In this document: in pieces, positions 52,451 to 64,000 of the stretch | Layout of the letters: each line of letters starts with the position of its first letter | How positions within the stretch are numbered: position 1 is the first letter of the stretch | Assembly (NCBI GenBank): GCA_951406725.2 | Contig: OX597818.1 | Location: 88,102,001-88,166,000 of the forward strand | Length of the DNA: 64,000 bases | Origin: Octopus vulgaris | Lineage: Eukaryota | Direction of reading: 5' to 3' | The notes under the pieces: model-generated | What the model was told of the DNA's origin: nothing | Seen by the model: the letters and a program-made list of their open reading frames with translations, nothing else | The model's database searches: none | Position numbers and translations under genes: made by a program

Positions 52451-52865
52451 TATTTCTTTACTGCCCACAAGGGGCTACACACAGAGAGGACAAACAAGGA
52501 CAGACAAACGGATTAAGTCGATTACATCGACCCCAGTGCGTAACTGGTACTTAATTTATCGACTCAGAAAGGATGAAAGGCAAAGTCGACCTCGGCGGAA
52601 TTTGAACTCAGAACGTAGCGGCAGACGAAATACCTATTTCTTTATTACCCACAAGGGGCTAAACATAGAGGGGACAAACAAGGACAGACATAGGTATTGA
52701 GTCGATTACATCGACCCCAGTGCGTAACTGGTACTTTAATTTATCGACCCCGAAAGGATGAAAGGCAAAGTCGACCTCGGCGGAATTTGAACTCAGAACG
52801 TAGCGGCAGACGAAATACCGCTGAGCATTTCGCCCGGCGTGCTAACGATTCTGCCAGCTCGCCTC
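52451..52865 (-). mobile_element. SINE family B head-to-tail partial dimer
   Basis: Two bodies joined at gaaatacc|tatttc (52634); the whole dimer is flanked by an imperfect 15-bp TSD ccggcc(g/t)gaat(a/g)tct. Confidence 0.9.
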
Positions 52866-53424
52866 CCGGCCTGAATGTCTACCGTATGAATCGAATGCTA
52901 TCGCGAACATGACGCTACCTCTGCTTCTGTACCAATAATTCGATAGTGTATATTAAAGCATTTTTTTAAACCTCACCTCCACACCCGATTCTGAACTTAC
53001 TGTTTTGTAATAAATCCCTCACATTACACCGTGTGTGTTTATGTATACATATATATATATATAATACAGTAATATATTTACTGTGTAATGAAGCAATCGA
53101 AACTAGACGAGAATAAAACCAATAATATGAAATAGTATATAAAATGGTTAAATTCTAGTATTTGTACGTATATTCATTTATTTATGAGTGCAACGAGTTG
53201 ATCTAAATAATAAGAAAAAAAGAGTTTTTATTTTTTTATTAAGAAACATTATCGAATATTGTCAATGATATCTTTATATATAAATTATAAATTAGTGAAT
53301 AGAGAAAAGGGGCGTGCCTATGCCTGTTGCAGGACCCGATTGATGTAGTGGATGTCTGGGGAAGAAAGAAAAAAAAAAAAGAAAATGTGGCTGGAAAGAG
53401 AAACATTCTTATTATTAAGGCAGC

Positions 53425-54902
53425 GATGCGGCGACGAGCTGTCAGAATCGTTAACACGCTGGGTGAATTGCTTAGCGGTATTTCGGCTGTCTTTGTGTTC
53501 TGAGTTCAAATTCCGCCAGGGTCGACTTTACCTTTCATCTTTTCGCGGTCGATTAAGTAAGTACCTGTTACGCACTGGGGGTCGATATAATCCGACTTAA
53601 TCTGTTTGCCTGTCCTTGTTTGTCCTCTCTGTTTTTAGCCCCTTGTGGGTAGTAAAGAAATAGGTATTTCGGCTGTCTTTATGTTCTGAGTTCAAATTCC
53701 GCAAGGGTCGACTTCACCTTTCACCTTTTCGGAGCCGACAAAATAAGTACCAGTTGAGCATTGGGGTCGATGTAATCGACTATCCCCCGCCCCAAAATTT
53801 CAGGACTTATGCCTATAGTAGAAAGGATTATTATCAAGCGGTGAGCTGACTGAATGTTAGTACGCCGGGGTAAAAGGCTTAGCGGCATTTCGTTCGTCTT
53901 TACGTTCTGAGTTCAAATTCCACCGAGGTCGACTTTGCTGTTATATCTTTCGGCTCATTATGTTGAGATCAAATTCTGCCGGGGTCAACTTCACCTTTAA
54001 TCGATTCGAGGTTGATAAAACAAGTACCAGTTGAGCACTGGGGTCGATGTAATTGATTTACTCCTTCACAAATTCAGGTCTTGTCCCTATAGTAAAAAAT
54101 AAAGCAGCAAGCTAGCAGAATCGTTAGCATGCCGGATAAAATGCTTCGTAGTATTTCTTCCAGTTCATTACGTTCTGAGTTCAAATTCTGTCGATGTCAT
54201 TTTCGTTTTATTCCTTTCGGGGTCGATAAAATAAATCGATTTGTAATCGGCTTGTCCCCTGCTCCAAATTTCAAGCCTTGTATTTTTATTAGAAAAATTA
54301 TTGTTATTCTGGAGAGGATGCTGACTGAATCGTTGGCATTTCAGATAAAATGCTTAATCGCCTTTTCTTCCGGCTTTACGTTCTGTGTTCAAATCCCACC
54401 AAGGTCAAATTTGCATTAATCCTTTCACTGTCGATAAAACAGAGTGCTACTTAAGTAGTGAGGTTGATGTTACCAACTTGTCTACTCTCTCCAAACCTGC
54501 CAGCCTTGTGCCAAAATTTGGAACAACTATTCTTTTCTACTTTAGACACAAGGCCCGAAAGTTTTGGGGAGGGGGCGCAGTCAATTAGATCGACTCCAGT
54601 ATGCAACTGGTACTTAATTTATCGAGCCTGAAAGGATGAAAGGCAAAGTCGATCTCGGCGTAATTTGAACACAGAACGTAACGGCAGACGAAATACCTAT
54701 TTCTTTACTACCCACAACGGGCTGAACACAGAGGGGACAAACAAGGACAGACAGTGCACAACTGGTACTTAATTTATCGACCCCGAAAGGATGAAAGGCA
54801 AAGTCGACCTCGGCGAAATTTGAACTCAGAACGTAGCGGCAGACGAAATACGGCTATGCATTTCTCCCGGCGTGCTAACGTTTCTGCCAGCTCGCCGCCT
54901 TA
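53425..54902. mobile_element. Cluster of about 8 SINE family B copies (plus to about 54525, minus 54530-54902)
   Basis: Repeated family B heads and bodies, including two more partial dimers. Confidence 0.88.
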
Positions 54903-55599
54903 TTTGAAACAATTATTATTCTGAGGAGGAACATTGACTGATGTCTCCGTATATGAGATCTGAGAAATTTGAAAGAGTGGCAGCGAGAAGAGAGGAGACG
55001 TATTCGATGAGCCTAGGTGGAAATGGTACACAGATGGCTAACTTTGAAGACCAGAGGTCACTGTGTGCGTGCTCACGCGTGTTCATGTGTGTGTGTTGAG
55101 GGTGAGGGAGTGAATATTGGAAATAGGTCATCTGTGTTTTGTTAGTGAATATGTTAATAACTGAATCTTTGCCAACCAGCCAGATGACCAATTGTTTTTC
55201 GTTGTTTTTCTTTAGCATTTATCTAGTTTGGCTGACCATCATTTAAACATTCATGTTCCAAGCTGGCATACTGAAATATTTGATAATCTTTTCTTGTGTA
55301 TTTTGCCAAGAGATCTGGTTTGAAATCGTTAATGCAATGAATCAGAAAGCGTTGTATGTACATAAAGTAATATACGATTTGTTTGTCAATCTATCAGTTT
55401 TTGTATTCATTCGCATATGAAAAACAGCGATGACCAGATGGAGAGACAACCAAACAACCACGCAAGAGGTCGCAGGTTCGTATTTCGTCACCGACACAGC
55501 TGTGTATCTGTGGCTCATTTAACTTCCAGATGATCCCGTTCACCCGACTGTGAAATAATTCCACATTATAGGTTGGTAGAGAATAGCTCGTTATTGCTC

Positions 55600-55830
55600 T
55601 TTTCATTTCCTTCCCAGGTGACACTTCAGGTTTCCACATACACTCTCCATAGTTTCCTCTCAATAGCCGTGGTTTACACCTGGTTCGACGTTCCCCCAGC
55701 CACCGGTCTAACTCTTTTTTCAGCAGTTCTTCACGTGTTCTTCTATCTTCAGAGCTTCCTTTCTTCCTTCAGGGACCCCTCTCATAACTGTCATAGAGTC
55801 GTTGTTGGAATCTTTCCTCAGGTTGTGGCC
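55600..55830 (-). mobile_element. Decayed RTE-like LINE 3' fragment
   Basis: Minus remnant KNT-RTAEKE...TTAIERKLWRVYVET resembles RTE ORF C-termini. Confidence 0.45.
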
Positions 55831-55844
55831 AAGCAGTATTCTTT

Positions 55845-56051
55845 TATTCTTTTACTTGTTTCGGCCATTTGACTGCGTCCATGCTGGAGCGCCGCCTTTA
55901 GTCGAGCAAATCGACCCCGGGACTTATTCTTTGTAAACCTAGTACTTATTTAATCGGTTTCTTTTGCCGAACCGCTAAGTTACGGGGATGTAAACACACC
56001 GGCATCGGTTGTCAAGCGATGTTGGGAGGACAAACACAGACACACAAACAT

Positions 56052-56117
<66 letters not shown>

Positions 56118-56270
56118 GACGGGCTTCTTTCAGTTTCTGTCTACCAAATGCTGGAGCGCCGCCTTTAGTCGAGCAAATCGACCCCGGGACTTATTCTTTG
56201 TAAACCTAGTACTTATTTAATCGGTTTCTTTTGCCGAACCGCTACTACCTCACAACCACTCCTGCGCCTA
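55845..56270 (-). mobile_element. SINE family A with an internal templated duplication
   Basis: 55881-55977 is repeated exactly at 56148-56244. Confidence 0.9.
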
Positions 56271-57789
56271 TACCACACAGACACTCCTGCGCATAAATAT
56301 TATGTTACTCCGCAGTGTTGAGTTTAATTCCGACTGAGGTCGGCAGTTTAGCTGAAAGAAAAGGTGTGAAACCCCAAATTGACTTGCCTCTGAATATAAC
56401 CGAAATAAAAGAAGGCTTGGCTCCTTACTACACTCCACTAAAAAAATCATATTGTTGATTCATTATTCTTTTATTGTTATAGTAATCTCTGAGGCCACTG
56501 GATTAGCAGAATAGGTACAGCGTCGAAGAAAATGACCTACTGTGTTTCTAGACGCATTCCCTGATCCGAGTTCAAATCGTACGAATCCGCGGGCGTCTAT
56601 ACTTGTTTTCCTTTGCGGACGTCAAAATAAAAACTAGTAAGACATTGATTGATGCAGTCGACTATACACCTTTCCATAAAATTATGGACATATACACACA
56701 TAAATATATACACATTTCAGCTTCCGTCTACCAAACCCACTCTCAAGGCTTTGGTCGGCTCGAAGCCACAGTAGAAGACACTTGGCCAAGATGCCACGCA
56801 GTGAGACTGAACCCGGAACCATATGGTTAGGAAGCATACTTCTTACCACACGGCCACGCTTGCGCCTCTCAAATTTCAAGGAATCTGATAGGTTTGTTAG
56901 ACTATTCTTCATGTAAGTATTTCCAACTCAGTTCGAGACTTAATCACCATAATAGTATAAAAGCAGCAGTTTTGGCAGTTACACCGCCATTTTGACTATG
57001 ACTTCCCATCAAATTCGTACACATTCAGCAAATTATTCTGGTCCTTCACGGAATTATAGTCGCATCCAGCTACGCCAGTTTCGTTGAATTTACGGTCCTC
57101 ACAGTGATGACAGTTTACATAAATAAACAGTGCATGCTTTGAAGCCGTCGACATAAATATACGCCGAACCGTTGTCGTGAGCTAAATACTAATCTCAGCC
57201 GAGATGATTACCGTCAGTGCAACCTGGTTGCCTGATAAAAACCTATCGTCATGGGGTTAAAAGATTTCATGCGTTAAAAACACAGAAGATCTCACTCAGA
57301 ATGCTGTCGGTAGATCACCAGACACCAGTGTTTCGTTTTGATTTTATCTCAAACGTGAACACTCCTGGACACACAGACTTAGATGAAATCTTCGTATAGA
57401 AATCAACAAGCAAGAAATTTACTGATTAATGCAAAAGCTGACCAGATTAAACTTAAATCAACATACGCACATAAAATAGCCCATAGTTTAGCCAAGCTGG
57501 TTTTCGCAGAAATCAGTCCACGTCTTCTTTGCTGCTTTCTATATCGGAACTAAGTTTTCATCTAAAGAGATTCGGCTCTTACAATGTAATATCAAGTCAA
57601 AACAACGGTGTCTGGCAATCAGCTTATGACATAATGAACAAGCTCTGCTTAAAACGCCAAAGTCATTTCAGAAAGTTTTTCTCAAAGACCAGACACTTTA
57701 ACATCTAGAGCAGCAGTGTGTTAGATTATACATTATAGATGTTATACAAACAGTTATTTATCGTAGTAGCGTTTTAAGTACGTACATAT

Positions 57790-58545
57790 ATCACCGGTTT
57801 TCAAGCGATGGTAGGTGACAAACACACACGTACATACAGACATATATACACACACACACACACACACACGCATGTATATATATACACACACACATGCATA
57901 TATATACATACACACACATATATATATATACATACACACACACACATATATATATATATACATGCACATACATTTATATATATACATACATATATATATA
58001 TATATACATACAGCCACATACATATATATATACACACACATATATATACACAAACATACACACACATATATATATACACATATACATACATATATATATA
58101 TATATGCATACATACAGCCACATACATTTATATACACACACACACATATATACACAAACATACACACACATATATATATACATATACACACATGTATATA
58201 TACACAAACATTCGCACAGACACATACACACACACTAGTATATATACGCACATTCACAGACATACATATACACAAGTATATATACACACATATATACACA
58301 TAAACATACATATATACACACATACATTTATACACACACACACATGTATATATATATATATACATACACAGATACGCACACACACACACACACACGACGG
58401 GCTTCTTTTATTGACCGTCTACCAAATTCACTCACAAAGTTTTTGATCGGCCCGAAGCTATAGTAGAAGACACATGCCCAAGGTGACACTCAGTGAGACT
58501 GAACCCGGAACCATGTAGTTAGGAATCAAGTATCTTACCACATAT
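57790..58545 (-). mobile_element. SINE family A with about 560-bp expanded internal (CA)/(TA) microsatellite
   Basis: SINE sequence at 57790-57830 and 58395-58545 brackets the compound repeat. Confidence 0.85.
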
Positions 58546-58927
58546 GTCAACTCACACACTGCACACACATATATACACATTCATATATTTGCACACGTAA
58601 TCACCCAGATACACAAACACACACATTCTTATTACTAAATATGTAGAAGCATGTATGTATATATATGTTGGCAATCTCCAATTTTCAAGCAATCATGATA
58701 GATGCACGGGTGATGCTAGAAAATATTAAAGCAAAATATAAATTCAAAAATATAAAACACTAGTGTACATCAATGATATGGGTGCTTAATAGTGATAAAA
58801 ATTACATAAGTCTGTTTATGTATGTGTGTATGCATAATGTATATATCTGCATATATAAATATCGATATATATATAATGTTACATAACTATTTTTACACAT
58901 ACACACATATATATTTGTGAGTGTGTG

Positions 58928-58973
<46 letters not shown>

Positions 58974-59038
58974 AAACGCACACATATGACAATGTTAGCA
59001 TATTTTTACATATATTACATACCTGTGTGATTAGTGTA

Positions 59039-59073
<35 letters not shown>

Positions 59074-59248
59074 GCATATGTTCATATAAATACATATATA
59101 TAGAGAGAGATAAGCATATATGTATATATACATTTATGTAGATATGCATATATATGTGTGTGTGAGTGTATATATATGCATACATATAAGCATTAAACAC
59201 ATATACATGTATATATTCCTAATCGATCTAAAGCGCTGTGTGTATGTG

Positions 59249-59297
<49 letters not shown>

Positions 59298-59716
59298 TTA
59301 ATGATTAATTACCCGTGAGAAGTACACAGCATTATCACTATATTAGCAGCCCACATTTCACAGGCCACTTTTCACACAGAACAGAAAATGCTTATAACAC
59401 ATTTCTTTTCACTGATTATTTATAGACTTAGAGATCTCAAAAAAATGTTCAAATATTAAAGATTTCTCATCAAAGAGTGAGAAGTAATTGAAGAATTCTT
59501 CGCAAATGTACCGGAAACACGAGTCTGGACTGGCAAGAATATGAGATTGTAAAATCGTATCAAAATTTTATTTGAAGCTAGAATTTTTCTCTCTGTTCCT
59601 ATGTAAAATTTCTACATTTTGGTTTGGAAGTTCTGAGTAGAAGTCAAGCTTAGTGAACTCTACAAAATGTACAAGAATTTGTTTTTATTTCATATATGTA
59701 TATGTGTGTGTGTGGT

Positions 59717-59788
59717 AGTTTCGGCCTGCTAGTTTTTGTCAGATAATTCGAAGGCCAACAAGCCGAAACTTAGAAGTTGCTGTCACCC
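59717..59788. ncRNA. Inverted pair of decayed hammerhead motifs related to family H3
   Basis: Plus: cgaaggccaacaagcc-gaaa-cttagaag-tt-gctgtc; minus: ctgacaaaaactagcaggcc-gaaa-ct. The 3' side aligns with 13257-13282. Confidence 0.5.
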
Positions 59789-60732
59789 ACTTTTCATAAA
59801 AAGAATGATAGATATGTACACCATCCTTCATTTACTAGTTTCAGTCACTGGGCCGAAGCCATGCTGGAGTATCGACTTGAAGGGTTTTGTCGAACAAATC
59901 GAATCCAGCATTCATTTTAAAGTCTGGCACATATTTTTATCGTTTCTCTAATTTGAAGCGCTAAGTTAAGTTAATTTTTTGGCTCAAAAAGCAAAAAGCA
60001 AGGCCATGTAGGAGGACATGGAGTTATGTACAGGGTGGTGTTCATGCAAAGAGTTCAGGCCATTTATGGTCAAGGGAGACTTTGAACCGAGCGGTCGTCG
60101 GCATCTTCACTATCTCGGTACACCAACGCCGGTTGTGGCAAATAGCGGGGGACAAACACACACACATATACTTCACAAGCTTCCATACATTTTCCGTCTA
60201 CCAAATTCGCTCACTGGAATTGCTTAGCCTGGCCCTATAGCAAAAGACAGTTGCCCAACATGCTCTGCAGTGTGACTGAACCCAAAACCATGCAGTTGAA
60301 GACGTTCCCAGATTCCATCCCCAGTCAGTACCAAAGATAATTCAGCTATAATATAAAGCGGTCTATCACTGTAGTGGATAGCTTAATTTGCCTATTTTGC
60401 CTTTGGATGGCTCGTTATTCATTAACGATATGTATTTTGTATGCTATGCAACCGGAATTAGAATGACTTAGTAGTTATGATAATAGAGATCTTATATGTG
60501 CAAGAAATATTTAGAATGTAAGTACATTATTTCTATGCTTTTAATGTGCGAAGTGTGTGCATAAATAACTTGTAAGTTGGTGGTGCGACAAATACATTAT
60601 TAAAGTAAGTACTCAATGTTTCATGTAATGGCTTGTTTGATGGTCGTGATTATTTTTACTCTATGTTAGGTATTCGAGTACTATTTTCTCCACTTTATTT
60701 CTCCACATTTATGCTGAAGACTTGGTCACAAA

Positions 60733-60768
60733 TGTCCGACGAACGGGAACGCGAAACACCGAGTAACA
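60733..60768 (+). ncRNA. Minimal hammerhead motif (family H2) in a partial tandem unit 60669-60872
   Basis: UGU-CCGACGA-ACG-GGAA-CGC-GAAA-CACCGAG-UA-ACA; about 105 nt downstream match 23641-23740. Confidence 0.65.
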
Positions 60769-63639
60769 GTTTTTTGTGATGTTTTTGCAGCTTTAATAAA
60801 AAGGCATATTACACTACATTCAGTACTCGGGTACTAGTTTTTCCACCTTGTTTTGCATTTATGTGCTTACTCGTGTCTATGTGTGTGAATAACACATAAA
60901 AGATCTTAGCTTTGAGAGGAAATTTTAAGAGGTGCAAACATTTTCTAATATCATATCATCGTAGCTTTTCAGATGTTCCACGCTGCATTATAACATTGTC
61001 ATTTCAGCACATTATAATGCAGTAAACGAAACAGAAGCAGATAAAATATATTTGTTGAGAGCAAATCCAGCATAGAATCCCGCACGAAAAGAAAAACGCA
61101 AAAGCGAAAGAACCTGAGGAGTAACAATGGAGACGTTGTTCGCAGCAATATATGCCACAAAATAACAAAGAAGCTGTATATGTGAAATAAACTACCGAGG
61201 TCACTTTGCAGCCGATAAAAATTTAAAGTCTACCGTTGACGATTTGTTAATCAAATTTACGTTGTTCCCATGATCTTTTGTTGCCCACTGCAAAATGCTC
61301 CTCCACGGTTACCACAGCTAGTATTTCGTTCGAACGATTGTGTGGAGAAAGCGTAGAATTGCAATGGGTATAAGAATGCTTTTGTCCCAACCTAAATGTA
61401 AATGAATTATTGGAGAATGTGAAAGAAAACGAAAAAGCTTTTAAAAAATACAAATTGAAATAAATTAAAGTGGTGTTGTTAATACAAAATGTTTTGACAG
61501 TGAATTGGTTAATGGGTGTCAAACTAGCAGAATGGACTGAATATCGGATAAAATGCGTTGCTGTATTCAATCTGGCTCTTTACAACCAGTGTTCAAACCC
61601 TGTTGAGGTCAACGTTATTCTTTCGTGGGTAAATAAAGTATCACTTTAGGTGGTGTAATAGCATGACCGTTAGAGCATCGAAAGTATATGGTCGGATTCT
61701 TTACGCTCAAATCTCGCCGAGTCTTACTTCAGAGATAAACTTAATCCGTCGCTCGGTTTAACATCATTACCTGGCCCCCTCAGTGCATTTAGCGAGATCC
61801 CCTTTGTTAGAAGCATTCAAGAAATCCCTCCGGTTTCGAGAATTTTCCTCTCATTTTTCTTTTTTCTTTTACAAATCTCGTAGGATCTGTAAAAATCATA
61901 GGCAAGTTCACTGTACTGTTTTTTGTTGATTTTACTCAATAATACAACTTTTGAAGGTTGTACATTTGTATTATTAACACCAATCACTTTATTATATATC
62001 TCTTCGCGTGCGTACGTACGTACACACACACACACACACACACACATATCTAAATATCGTGTTAGAGCCAGCAGTCACCTGCGATATTGATAACATGTCC
62101 CATGCTTTCGCAAATTGTTTAGGTACCACTGTAGTCATGAGTAGACAGAGGCACTAGCTCGATTCTCCCACCCTTCTAGTCAGAAGTATATCCAGCTACA
62201 CGAGAGAGAGAGGGAGAGAGAGAGAGTGGGGGGGGGAGAAAGATACTAACACTTGATTGCTGTTCATTTTCGGCTGTGCAAAGCGGAGTGGCGTGAAATG
62301 ACCCAACATGCTGACCGGTCCAGGAATTGAACCTGCATTATGATCATTAACCGAATACCCTAACCACAACACCACAGACCTTCACTTTATATTCATTTTA
62401 TTTTTCAGTAGAAGAGCTTCATTAAGTAACTCAAAGTGCAGTTGTTTCGTGGATTGCACTTATTACATTTTGTCAAGTGTAGCACACGAAACTTTCGACT
62501 CCAGAGTCACAAATATAGCTTTATAGCAAAACAGCAAAGAATTAGGTAGTTTTGTTTCTCCAGTTTATACCATTAGACATATAATATACATAGATTATAC
62601 GTATTTTAAATATGTACACGCTCATATATATATAATAATAACTATTCCAATAATAATAAATATTCCAAAATGAATTAGCCATTAGCGCTTCAATTAGTAA
62701 ACCAAATTATATGCCAGAGGATCGAATCGAATAGCAATAAAGAAAAGACATTCTCCTCATTGTCACTAGATTCGAGAATTGTCCGTTATTTAATTGAGCA
62801 ATTAATGAATTAATTATTTATAACCTTGTTACAAGGCCAGAATGTCGTGCAGTCATTTAAAATCAAATTCGACCTCGTTGGGATTTGAACTCCGCTAGTA
62901 ATTTTTCTATCCGTCACTCTCCCGATTCTGCCAAATGCTACCCAATTAATTAATGCACACATAAATGAAAAGGATGGTTGCCAGGAGTCCTATAATTAAA
63001 ATTTATTTTCTATGCGCTGGTTTATTATTTTTTGATTAGGAGAGGCTGATTAAAGCTCATAAAATTATTTTAATAGCATGCTTTATTATTTTTTAAAATT
63101 CAATTATTCAACTGCATTCTAGAGTGATACTACTAATATTAATAACGTTTACTAGGAGAGTCATTTTTTTTTAATGAGAAGAGAAGCCATGCTGGTTAAA
63201 TTCTCTCTTTCTCTCTTTTCTTTTTTTCTTAGTAAAATGTTTCTTGCCTGAAAAGAAATTACAACGATTGATATGAGCTACCATCAACATGTCGAGGGCT
63301 TGGCACTTCAATTATTGGACACATTAACATCAACAACAACAACATCGAGAAGGACACTGGTACACGAATCGTCATATTTTGGCATGTACCACGTCTTCAA
63401 AAGGCTTATCTTCTCAAGAAAAAAATGCATGTAACCTAGAGTTCCTGAGGGACATCCTTAAGCATGTGGACTAATAGGAGAAAACAACTACATACACAAA
63501 AATGTTAAAGCTTTCCAATATGCAAGAGATAGCAGCCAAATCACCTTGACATTACATCATATCGTCTTGATCAAGAAGAGACGTGTTGGCTTATGTATTC
63601 TTATCACCATCACTACTAATGCTCCTAGCTCTACTATTA

Positions 63640-63795
63640 TTAGCACCAACTACCGCCACGACCAATACTACTACAAACACCATCCCCATAGCGATTACTA
63701 TTACTACTACTACTACCACTTTTACTTCTACTACAAACACCATCTCCATCACTGCTACTACTACTACTACTACTCCCATCACCACCACCACCACT
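63640..63795. repeat. (ACT/ACC)n low complexity
   Basis: Visible directly; gives poly-T and poly-V ORFs. Confidence 0.9.
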
Positions 63796-64000
63796 TGTAT
63801 GTGGTGTTAGTTGTGGTCATCAACTGGGCCTCACTACCAAGAATCCTACTAAATACCTTGTCTTCAACTTTGCTCCGTTCTGAAATTTCCTTCCTGGCTA
63901 CATTTGCTTTTCTCTATAGATATCGAATCGAAAGACGATATACAAAATGCTATTCTGAACCAGTATTGATTCCGTTGCTAATGACGAATTTTCACCCGAC

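Noticed and set aside
56900-57720. Higher-complexity stretch, possibly an old LINE or regulatory region
   Set aside because: No recognisable protein motif or termini.
63583-63810. Signal-peptide-like start followed by poly-Thr
   Set aside because: Non-ATG start and derived from an (ACT/ACC)n repeat.

Overview
AT-rich, repeat-saturated animal genomic DNA; the SINE families and very high microsatellite density resemble an octopus (coleoid cephalopod) genome, but this is recognition by eye, not a database match. Only one credible protein-coding region is visible: a 343-aa minus-strand ORF (15722-16753) encoding an unrecognised single-pass membrane protein with a long disordered cytoplasmic tail, in an exon with a strong splice acceptor at 17097-17098. 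The rest is intron or intergenic DNA: three abundant tRNA-derived SINE families, decayed LINEs (R4/Dong-like, CR1-like, RTE-like), Tc1/mariner elements (DD41D, DD34E, three DD34D), MITEs, satellites and a truncated RPSA retropseudogene. The main unexpected signal is a set of about ten type-I hammerhead ribozyme motifs in four sequence families, carried by small non-coding Penelope/retrozyme-like inserts; four of these inserts sit in or against copies of one SINE family. There is also evidence that a second SINE family repeatedly inserts into itself at a fixed site. Repeat coordinates were read by eye and may be off by a few bases to tens of bases. Almost all ORFs in the supplied track are microsatellite or SINE artefacts.
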